DNA of 24,000 nucleotides from the NCBI GenBank assembly GCA_963556075.3, contig CAUVYB020000002.1:1185892-1209891 (forward strand). The letters run 5' to 3'. Under the pieces are notes generated by a model that worked only from the letters and a program-made list of their open reading frames with translations, had not been told where the DNA came from and ran no database searches. Shown here one piece after another: positions 15,130 through 22,454 of the stretch (positions are counted from its first letter, which is position 1; every line of letters starts with the position of its first letter). Origin of the DNA: Oceanispirochaeta sp. GTDB lineage: Bacteria > Spirochaetota > Spirochaetia > DSM-2461. Both the position numbers and the translations under genes were made by a program.

Positions 15130-15162
15130 AAACCCGGGTGCGTGCCCGGGTTTCCTCTTTTC
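15130..15162 (+). terminator. Rho-independent terminator after leuD
   Basis: AAACCCGGG-TGCGTG-CCCGGGTTT forms a hairpin at 15130-15153, followed by CCTCTTTTC. Confidence 0.6.
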
Positions 15163-15308
15163 AGTCATATTATTCATTTTAGTCCTAATAAAGGGCTATC
15201 CATCGATCTCTGACTGGTCAAACAGTCAATTTTCTAAAAAAATCCTTTTTCTCTGATGAATTCCCCGTTAAACTGAAATATTAAAAGCACTACAAAGGAG
15301 TCATTTTT

Positions 15309-16697
15309 ATGAGTCAAATCAAGGTCGACATCATCTATGGCCTGGAGGACCGTCCATCTGCACCTCAGGCATTCTTTGCTGCTCTCCAGCATATGATGGC
15401 TATTTTCATCGGAATCGTCACACCGGCGATTGTCATCAGCGGAGCCCTGGGGCTGAGCACAGAACTCTCCGCCTACCTGGTCAGCATGTCACTCTTCGTT
15501 TCAGGCCTGGCCACTTTTATCCAGTGCCGCAAGTTCGGCCCCGTCGGCTCGGGACTCCTGAGTATTCAGGGAACCAGCTTTACCTTTCTCTCTCTCTGTA
15601 TCGGAATCGGTTTCGCCGTCAAGAACAGCGGAGGGACGGAGGCACAGATGGTAGCCGCCATTTTCGGGACCTGTCTGATCGCCTCTCCCGTGGAGATGAT
15701 CTTCAGCCGCTTCATCCCCCTTCTGAAAAGGATTATCACTCCCCTGGTCAGCGGTATCGTTGTCACCCTGATAGGTATGTCCCTGATAAAGGTGGGAATT
15801 ACCGATATCGGCGGCGGAGCCTGGCTGCTGAGCAACAAACCTGAAATTTTTGCCAATCCCCGGAACCTGATGCTCGCCGGAATTGTTCTGGTAGTGATCA
15901 TAATCTTTAACAGAAGCGCCAACAAATGGCTGAGGATGGGCGCCATCGTTTTCGGTCTGATAGCCGGCTATGTAGTCGCCTCTATACTGGGTCTTGTACA
16001 GTTCGGAAAGATATCCACCCTGAAGGCTATCGCTCCCCCCATCCCCTTCCGCTACGGATTCAATATCAGCTGGCCCCACCTTATCCCCATGTGCCTGCTC
16101 TACCTGATCACAACTGTAGAATCTATCGGAGACCTGACGGCCACTTCCATGGTATCCGGACAGCCTGTTGAGGGTGATGTCTATATGAAGAGAATCTCCG
16201 GCGGTGTTCTGGGAGACGGTATCAACTCCGCACTGGCCGCAGTCTTCAACTCTTTCCCCAACACGACCTTCAGCCAGAACAACGGAGTCATACAGATGAC
16301 CGGTGTAGCCAGTCGCTATGTGGGATTCTGGATCTCAGGACTTCTTGTCCTCTTCGGCCTGTTCCCCATCGTCGGCGGTCTGTTCTCCATCATTCCCAAC
16401 GCTGTACTGGGCGGAGCCACCATCATCATGTTCGGAACTGTTGCGGCTTCGGGTATCAGGATAATCTCCTCCAGTATCATCGACAGAAGAGGAGTCATCA
16501 TCATGGCCCTCTCCTTCGGACTGGGACTGGGTGTCGTGTTCGTTCCCCAGATTCTGAACCACTTCCCCCCCTTCCTGAAATCCGTGTTCGGTTCTGCCAT
16601 CACCACCGGCGGTCTGACAGCGATTTTCCTCAACATCGTTCTTCCCAGAAGCTTTAAGAAGCAGCCCATGGATGAGCCCATGAAGGATATGGTCTGA
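15309..16697 (+). CDS. NCS2-family nucleobase:cation symporter (xanthine/uracil-type permease)
   Basis: The 462-aa polytopic protein has the N-terminus YGLEDRPSAPQAFFAALQHMMAIF and a later segment TTFSQNNGVIQMTGVASRYV, both typical of NCS2 purine/uracil permeases. AAGGAG lies 9 nt upstream of the start. Confidence 0.88.
   Translation: MSQIKVDIIYGLEDRPSAPQAFFAALQHMMAIFIGIVTPAIVISGALGLSTELSAYLVSMSLFVSGLATFIQCRKFGPVGSGLLSIQGTSFTFLSLCIGIGFAVKNSGGTEAQMVAAIFGTCLIASPVEMIFSRFIPLLKRIITPLVSGIVVTLIGMSLIKVGITDIGGGAWLLSNKPEIFANPRNLMLAGIVLVVIIIFNRSANKWLRMGAIVFGLIAGYVVASILGLVQFGKISTLKAIAPPIPFRYGFNISWPHLIPMCLLYLITTVESIGDLTATSMVSGQPVEGDVYMKRISGGVLGDGINSALAAVFNSFPNTTFSQNNGVIQMTGVASRYVGFWISGLLVLFGLFPIVGGLFSIIPNAVLGGATIIMFGTVAASGIRIISSSIIDRRGVIIMALSFGLGLGVVFVPQILNHFPPFLKSVFGSAITTGGLTAIFLNIVLPRSFKKQPMDEPMKDMV
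15633..15642 (-). repeat. Motif copy J: GGGACGGAGG on the plus strand
   Basis: Exact 10-mer inside the permease CDS, read in frame as ggg acg gag gca (G-T-E-A). Confidence 0.9.
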
Positions 16698-16768
16698 GAA
16701 CTCCCTGTCCTCTGTCCGATTTGAATATCTTGTAAAAGATAAGGTCTTTAAAAGAGACAAAGCTTACA

Positions 16769-16795
16769 CTCCCCGCAGAGCTGCGGGGAGTTTTT
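16769..16795 (+). terminator. Rho-independent terminator after the permease gene
   Basis: CTCCCCGCAG-AG-CTGCGGGGAG is a perfect 10-bp inverted repeat followed by TTTTT. It lies between convergent genes. Confidence 0.8.
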
Positions 16796-16819
16796 CAGGC
16801 ATACAGCTTTCAAACAGAC

Positions 16820-17377
16820 TCAACGGGAACTCATAAGAAACTCGTTGGAAACATCCACAAGCGCCCTGTCTGACAGAAAATCCCTGCCCAGAATAAGAGG
16901 AAAGGTCATATGCCGTCTGTTGGTCAGATTAAAGGAGAGTCTCAGTGAATATCGTCCAAGACGGATATCCAGATTCACAACGGGTCTTTCACTGATATTT
17001 ACCGAACCGGCCTGATGGATATGTACAAACCTCTCCACCCGCCGCTCCATAATCCTGTCCGTACCGTCAAAGTCGAGATTAAAACGGACCCAAACCTCTC
17101 CATCCCGTTCAAATCTCTGAATCTGTGAAGCATGAAGAGAGGAGAAGGCGGCGCCGCTGTCAACTCTGGCGACAAGAAAGGTCCCCTCAGCCGGAAAATA
17201 GACCATCTCCCTGGCGCCGACGACAATCTTCTCCTCTCCCTTGGAATTCACAAACGGATCGGGAGAGGGAAAAACGCTGCTTCCCGAAACGGCATCCTGT
17301 GCTCCCGCCGTGGAAAGCAGAACCAAACTGAGAAGCATTAAGAAAGCAATCCTGACAATCATTATCCTGAGGCTCAT
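16820..17377 (-). CDS. Secreted retropepsin-like aspartic peptidase (Zn_protease/DUF785, RimB-like family)
   Basis: VARVDSGAAFSSLHA (D-S-G), GEVWVRFNL and FPLILGRDFL match the family pattern. The predicted signal peptide is MSLRIMIVRIAFLMLLSLVLLSTAGAQD. The track start 17401 is TTG; I prefer ATG 17377, but the start is uncertain. Confidence 0.6.
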   Translation of the reverse strand: MSLRIMIVRIAFLMLLSLVLLSTAGAQDAVSGSSVFPSPDPFVNSKGEEKIVVGAREMVYFPAEGTFLVARVDSGAAFSSLHASQIQRFERDGEVWVRFNLDFDGTDRIMERRVERFVHIHQAGSVNISERPVVNLDIRLGRYSLRLSFNLTNRRHMTFPLILGRDFLSDRALVDVSNEFLMSSR

Positions 17378-17412
17378 GGGCTCATTGTGCCATATGATCA
17401 AGGATTCATCAC

Positions 17413-19137
17413 CTAGAACTCTGTAAAATCCTCATCGTCCTCAGCTCCCTCCGAGGGCCCCTGCAGGACTCTCTCCGGAGCAGGGACGCCCCTTGGGTCG
17501 TCTCCTCCACTCGCCGGCGCAGCCGCGATCTGCGTCTGTGTTTTTGCAACCGGTCCATCGGCAACCGGCACAGAAATATCTATGCCGGACTCCCCTGTAT
17601 GGAAGTAACCCACCATACGGGTCAGCTCTGCTGACTGGCTTTTCAGCTGATCGGCCATGGAGGCGATCTCCTCACTGGAAGCGGCATTGGCCTGAATAAC
17701 CTCATCCATCTGAATCAGAGCCGTATTGATCTGTTCAGCCCCTCTGGCCTGCTCGTTGCTTCCGGCAAAGATTTCCTCTGCGATATCGGCGGATTTCTTG
17801 ACCAGAGGCAGGATCTCCCGCATCTGATCCAGAGTATCATCGGCTTTTTTCACCGACTGAGAGGAGACCTGTGTGATATCATTGGCGGCAGCCTGGCTGT
17901 TTTCCGCCAGCTTCCTGACCTCCGAGGCCACCACGGCAAAGCCCTTGCCCGCCTCTCCGGCCCGGGCGGCCTCAATGGCGGCATTCAGAGCCAGAAGATT
18001 GGTATTCCGGGCGATATCCTCAATAATGCTTATCTTCTCGGAGATGAACTTCATGGAGCCGACCACCTCTTCTACGGAACTGCCGCTGCTCTCCGTACCG
18101 TCGGCGGCCCTGGAAACGATGGAGTTGGATTCCCGGGCATTATCCGTATTCTGCTGAATATTGGACGAAAGCTCCTCCATGGAAGCGGAAATTTCTTCGG
18201 CGCTGGCAGCCTGTTCATTGGCACCCGAAGCCACCTGCTGGGAAACATCCGCCACCTCCTGGGCATGCCTGTTGATAAGCAGAGCCGTTCCGGAAATACC
18301 CGAGACGATCCCCCGCAGCTGCTTCACCATATTGGCAATCGCATCGGAAAGGAGCCCCGTCTCATCATTGCTTTCTATACTGATATCAACAGTCAGATCG
18401 CCTCCCGCTATGGATGCCACATCTCTTGCCAGAAGCTCAACGGGCCGGGCAAGGCGGCTTCCCATCAGCCAGGCCAGAGCGAAGGCCGCAAGAACAACCA
18501 CAAGGTCCACCAGAAGCACAAGAAAAAGAGTTCTCCTGACGATGGCGTCGATTCCCTTCTGCTGTTCAGCCACCAGCTTATCAATATCGTCAATGTAGTT
18601 GCCCGTTCCCAGGAACCAGTCCCAGGGTTCGAAAAATGCAGTATAGGCCCGTTTGGGAGAAACCTCTGTCTCCCCGACCTTGTTGTAGTAGTAAGTCGTA
18701 TAGTGGGACCCCTCTTTGGCTGCCTTAATAAGATCACGGATAAGGTAGTTCCCCTGTTTATCCTGCAGATCCCAGCGGTTGGTTCCTTCGATGCTGTTAT
18801 CGGGCATTGAAATGGTCAGGCCTGTGGAGTCGTAGATAAAGATATACCCATCCTCCCCATAGCGCATTTCATCGATGATATCCCTGGCCATTTTCCGGGC
18901 CTGTTCCTCTCCCAGTTCTCCCCGTCTGTCATAGTAGGACTGAGCCACGGAAACGGCCATCTCCACTTCATAGCGGGACAGCACATCAAAGTCTTCTCTC
19001 AACGTCCGATCCAGAGTCGCCAGGTTTTCCGATCCCAGCCTCCGCAGCTCAATGGCCGAAAGAACACCCATAACCGCGCCCAGAAGGAGAAGAGAGCCAA
19101 GAACTAGAAAACTGATTTTAAATTTCATTTTAACCAT
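17413..19137 (-). CDS. Methyl-accepting chemotaxis protein with periplasmic single-Cache-like sensor
   Basis: The order is TM1, a Cache-like region ([11 protein letters not shown]...[15 protein letters not shown]), TM2, HAMP, then the signalling hairpin [37 protein letters not shown]. The track start 19146 is a GTG inside the SD GAGGTG; ATG 19137 lies 7 nt downstream of that SD. Confidence 0.93.
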   Translation of the reverse strand: MVKMKFKISFLVLGSLLLLGAVMGVLSAIELRRLGSENLATLDRTLREDFDVLSRYEVEMAVSVAQSYYDRRGELGEEQARKMARDIIDEMRYGEDGYIFIYDSTGLTISMPDNSIEGTNRWDLQDKQGNYLIRDLIKAAKEGSHYTTYYYNKVGETEVSPKRAYTAFFEPWDWFLGTGNYIDDIDKLVAEQQKGIDAIVRRTLFLVLLVDLVVVLAAFALAWLMGSRLARPVELLARDVASIAGGDLTVDISIESNDETGLLSDAIANMVKQLRGIVSGISGTALLINRHAQEVADVSQQVASGANEQAASAEEISASMEELSSNIQQNTDNARESNSIVSRAADGTESSGSSVEEVVGSMKFISEKISIIEDIARNTNLLALNAAIEAARAGEAGKGFAVVASEVRKLAENSQAAANDITQVSSQSVKKADDTLDQMREILPLVKKSADIAEEIFAGSNEQARGAEQINTALIQMDEVIQANAASSEEIASMADQLKSQSAELTRMVGYFHTGESGIDISVPVADGPVAKTQTQIAAAPASGGDDPRGVPAPERVLQGPSEGAEDDEDFTEF

Positions 19138-19309
19138 AAAAAACACCTCGATTTTATTGTTCCCGACAAAAAACGCTACGTCTTCCTTTGTATTTTAATG
19201 TATTGAAAATGGTTTCTCAAATTTCCTCCCATAAAGCACCTCCCCTAATCCCTATCACACAAGAATTTAGAAGGATATAGCCCCTGAGTGATCAGTCAGC
19301 GGCAAATCA

Positions 19310-19338
19310 TAGACAGCCTTTCCCGGGGATTCTATAAT
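19310..19338 (+). promoter_or_regulatory. Sigma70-type promoter of hpt
   Basis: TAGACA (19310-19315), a 17-nt spacer, then a perfect TATAAT (19333-19338). Confidence 0.5.
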
Positions 19339-19423
19339 AGGGATGCCCTAAAGAGAGAGGATGGAGCCGAATGATTCGGCACTGTTGGAATTATGAAATC
19401 AATTTCCGTTTCCGGGAGGGGAG

Positions 19424-19957
19424 ATGACCAATTACCGAATTGACGTATTGATCGATGAGAAGAGCCTGGCAGCCAAGGTAGAGGCCCTGGGAAAAAAGAT
19501 TGAACAGGAGTACAGAAACGCCGAGGAGATTATCCTGGTAGGCCTTCTCAGGGGCTCCACCGTATTTCTCGCCGACCTGGCCCGCCATATAAATCTGGAT
19601 GCCCGTATAGACTTTATGGTGGTTTCAAGCTACGGCAACGCCATGGACTCCTCCCGGGATGTTCAAATAAAGAAGGACCTGGAAGAGGAAATCCGGGGCC
19701 GGCATGTGATTATTGTGGAAGACATCATTGACACAGGATATACCCTTGAGCGGGTCAAGGAGTTTCTGGAGCTCAGAGATCCCGCCTCCCTGAAAATCTG
19801 CACTCTTCTGGACAAACCCGACCGCCGGGAGGTGGATGTTCCCGTGGATTATGTCGGATTCACCATTCCCGACGTGTTCGTCATCGGCTACGGAATCGAC
19901 TATGCTCAGAAACACCGCAACCTTCCCTACGTTGGCAAAGTAGTTCCTCTGGACTGA
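19424..19957 (+). CDS. hpt: Hypoxanthine(-guanine) phosphoribosyltransferase
   Basis: The 177-aa protein has the PRPP-binding motif VIIVEDIIDTGYTL, plus LLRGSTVFLADL and FVIGYGIDY. GGGAGGGGAG precedes the ATG. Confidence 0.93.
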   Translation: MTNYRIDVLIDEKSLAAKVEALGKKIEQEYRNAEEIILVGLLRGSTVFLADLARHINLDARIDFMVVSSYGNAMDSSRDVQIKKDLEEEIRGRHVIIVEDIIDTGYTLERVKEFLELRDPASLKICTLLDKPDRREVDVPVDYVGFTIPDVFVIGYGIDYAQKHRNLPYVGKVVPLD

Positions 19958-20198
19958 GAATCAAGCGGCATCGTCCTGGGATGCCCGGGGCGTTCCCCCT
20001 GCCAAGTCAGGGGTCCTGCCTTGCGGGGGTTCCGTCTGAACGGCTGAATGCCCGTTCAGACCGCTTCGCGCCCCTCCAGTCAGTAACGCGAGAAACCGTA
20101 ATCCCAAGCCATCCTCCTTGCCTTGGGATCAGCTGACAAGCTCCGGGGAAGGAGTTATACTGAATCCTAATCCGCCATTCGGGAGTTTTATAATCAAA

Positions 20199-20888
20199 GT
20201 GAGAAGAGCTCTTTTTTTGATCATAGCGATCTCTCTCCTCAGCGCCCTGCCGCCGGCTCTGCCTGCTCTGGAATTCCAGAACGGTTACCGGCTGATACTG
20301 GGAGGCGGATTTCCTTCGGGAAAGGGGCTCTGGGACTGGACGGATACCAGCGAGAAGGGGACCCTTCACTGGGGACCGGCGGTTGGCGGAGGAGTCGTCT
20401 GCCTCTTCAATCTCAGAGAAGAAGCCTGCCATATAGAAACAGGTATAAACATAGTTCATCTGCGGGGAAAACAGAAGCTGGGGGACAGCCGCTACGAGTA
20501 TATGCAGAACACCATAGAGATTCCCGTACTGTACAAGACAAGACTACCCTTTCCCGACACCCATTTGTTTCTCGGAGGTGGTGCCGTGATGATGATCAAT
20601 CCCATAGAGGCGCGAAGAACGGAAACAACGGACGGAGAGGAAACAGAAATCTACTGTGAGCCGGATAACAAAGTCATGCTGGGTCTGCAGCTGGGACTGG
20701 ACTGGAAATTTATCAATAAGGAAGCCCATGACTGGATGCTTTCGCTCCACTACACCCATCCTTTGACCTCACCGGGATTCTCTTTCGAGGAAATGGGAAG
20801 CGGTAATATCCGGCTGAACAGGGCGGACCTGAGCTTTACCTATCTGTACACACCGGCGGCTGGCTTTCCCCGACGGAGTGTCCGATGA
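20199..20888 (+). CDS. Outer-membrane beta-barrel protein (paralog 1)
   Basis: The track start 20118 (TTG) lies inside a strong hairpin. GTG 20199, with GGGAG 13 nt upstream, gives VRRALFLIIAISLLSALPPALPALEF as a signal peptide. The body shows an alternating beta-strand pattern and ends in an aromatic-rich C-terminal strand (LSFTYLYTP). It is a paralog of the next gene. Confidence 0.55.
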   Translation: MRRALFLIIAISLLSALPPALPALEFQNGYRLILGGGFPSGKGLWDWTDTSEKGTLHWGPAVGGGVVCLFNLREEACHIETGINIVHLRGKQKLGDSRYEYMQNTIEIPVLYKTRLPFPDTHLFLGGGAVMMINPIEARRTETTDGEETEIYCEPDNKVMLGLQLGLDWKFINKEAHDWMLSLHYTHPLTSPGFSFEEMGSGNIRLNRADLSFTYLYTPAAGFPRRSVR

Positions 20889-21523
20889 AACGAAAAGCCC
20901 TGCTTCTGATGCTGCTGACCCTGACCGCCGCCCTGCAGGCCAGAACCTTCCGCTTCGGAGGAGAACTGGCCCTGGGAACAGCCATCGGAACAGGCAAGGG
21001 CTATTGGGACTGGACGGATAAATCCGAAGAGACGCTCCGAAATCCTTTTGTTTTCAACGGAGGAGGATCAATCCTCATACTGGCAGACCTCTCTCCCCTG
21101 TTCCAGCTGGAGACGGGAGTCGGCTACTTCGTAAACCGCTGCAAAATTGAAAATGACGGAGTCACCCTGATTTACAGACAGGACAGTCTGGATATCCCTC
21201 TGGGATTGAAGATGTTTTTCAGCAGAGATAAAAAAGGCCTGTATGTGAAGGGAGCGGCAGCCCTGATGATCCTCACAGACAGCGCCTCCTTCGCCGACGA
21301 GGACGGGGACGACGATCTATTTGCCTCCTCCGTCCCCGGACAGCGTTATCACGCCGGACTTATAACGGGAATGGGCTATCAGAAAGAGACGGCATACGGA
21401 CTCTGGCAGCTGGAAGCCCGCTATGCGAATTTCTATACTTCTCCCGACTATAAAAGGGAAGAAGGCACCCTGGGAGACGTGCGTTACCACAGGATACAGA
21501 TGGCCGTCGGCTGGTTTTACTGA
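20885..21523 (+). CDS. Outer-membrane beta-barrel protein (paralog 2)
   Basis: The signal peptide is MKRKALLLMLLTLTAALQA. It shares the motif GKGYWDWTDKSE with paralog 1 and ends in MAVGWFY, an OMP-type C-terminal aromatic residue. ATGA overlaps the stop of paralog 1. Confidence 0.65.
   Translation: MKRKALLLMLLTLTAALQARTFRFGGELALGTAIGTGKGYWDWTDKSEETLRNPFVFNGGGSILILADLSPLFQLETGVGYFVNRCKIENDGVTLIYRQDSLDIPLGLKMFFSRDKKGLYVKGAAALMILTDSASFADEDGDDDLFASSVPGQRYHAGLITGMGYQKETAYGLWQLEARYANFYTSPDYKREEGTLGDVRYHRIQMAVGWFY
21327..21336 (+). repeat. Motif copy F: CCTCCGTCCC (CCTCCTCCGTCCCC)
   Basis: Exact 10-mer inside OMP paralog 2, read as tcc tcc gtc ccc (S-S-V-P, the same frame as copy D). An inverted partial partner GGGGACG lies at 21305-21311. 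Confidence 0.9.
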
Positions 21524-21542
21524 GAGGATGCCGGAAAACGGC

Positions 21543-22292
21543 TCACCCCTCCTTCTTTCTCCAGCATGTGAATATGCGGCAAACCTCTTTCCCGTCCCCC
21601 TCTCTCTGAAAACTGTAGATTCTATCCCCCTCTCCCGTCTGACTCCCGCGCAGCAGAAGCCTGTCTCCGGAAACGGTCTCTCCCAGAAAGGCGATATTCA
21701 GTTCGGCCAGTTCCCTCTCGGCCAGAAAGTTCTCATCCTGATGCATCATCAGCCAGACCAGATAGCGGATATTGTTCACATGATGGTTATAATCAAGATC
21801 GGCGGGAGAAACCACGATCAGTTCCTCCTTCCCGTCGAAAGTGCCGGGAAGGACGACCTTACCGGGTTTTGATTCGGGAAGGGCCTCAAAATCGGGATTG
21901 ACGGGGAATTTTTCCGCAAAGGAATCCAGGCGTACGGGACGGCGGCTTTTCACATCAATCAGAGCCCAGGTGCTGCTGGCGCGGGTACAGAGATGTCCGG
22001 TAGAGTCCTTGGCCTGAAAATCGCGAAGAGCCTTGAAGCCCCTGAGATTCCGGGCCCAGGTTTCCACGGTCAGTTCCTCGGGCCAGCGGGGATAGGCTTC
22101 GAATCGGGCAGACAGCCCCGAAAGAACCCAGGAAAGGCCGTGAACGTCGATAATTTCGGGAACGGCCATTCCATGGGGAATGCAGTGACGGCCGCCCACC
22201 TCCTGAAAATAGTCGAGCATGGCCGGCGGGGTGACCCTTAAATCGGGATCGCACTCACTGTGCCTGCTTTTGAAATTCTGCGAAAATATCAT
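21543..22292 (-). CDS. Acyl-ACP thioesterase (double hotdog fold)
   Basis: The 249-aa protein has LDYFQEVGGRH...GLSWVL...VETW in the N-terminal hotdog and DLDYNHHVNNIRYLVW in the second hotdog. GAGGAG lies 9 nt upstream of the start. Confidence 0.82.
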   Translation of the reverse strand: MIFSQNFKSRHSECDPDLRVTPPAMLDYFQEVGGRHCIPHGMAVPEIIDVHGLSWVLSGLSARFEAYPRWPEELTVETWARNLRGFKALRDFQAKDSTGHLCTRASSTWALIDVKSRRPVRLDSFAEKFPVNPDFEALPESKPGKVVLPGTFDGKEELIVVSPADLDYNHHVNNIRYLVWLMMHQDENFLAERELAELNIAFLGETVSGDRLLLRGSQTGEGDRIYSFQREGDGKEVCRIFTCWRKKEG

Positions 22293-22454
22293 AATACTCG
22301 GCTCCTCATAAGGATGGATGCAATATTTGAAAGGCTTCCGGCAGGGAGCATATAGATGCCGGATAAAGACCTGTTCAGTTATTGTATCCCCCTCTTCCCG
22401 CGCTTACAAGAGAGGGGCAATTGATATAGAATAGCAGGGCAGGAGACAAGGGAA

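Noticed and set aside
15163-15308. Purine/xanthine riboswitch upstream of the NCS2 permease
   Set aside because: There is no three-helix junction and no conserved core that I can recognise. Only a simple 6-bp dyad is present, and that is reported separately at low interest.
19330-19423. Possible three-way-junction purine riboswitch in front of hpt (TATAAT...ATTATG helix, hairpins AGGG/CCCT and GCCGAAT/ATTCGGC)
   Set aside because: The would-be P1 strand is the perfect -10 hexamer of a good promoter (TAGACA-17-TATAAT), so it is probably not transcribed. P2 is only 4 bp with a 3-nt loop, and the conserved purine-riboswitch junction and loop sequences are absent.
20001-20030. SRP (4.5S) RNA-like string CCAAGTCAGGGGTCCTGCC
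   Set aside because: It resembles only the GUCAGGUCC part of the conserved SRP domain IV. The GGAAGCAGC partner and the long closing helix are missing.
20007-20459. 150-aa minus-strand ORF spanning the hpt-OMP spacer
   Set aside because: The product is Arg/Ser/Pro-rich. It overlaps the N-terminus of the OMP gene and the hairpin-dense spacer, and it has no SD. The GC-rich spacer is better explained as structured RNA or DNA.
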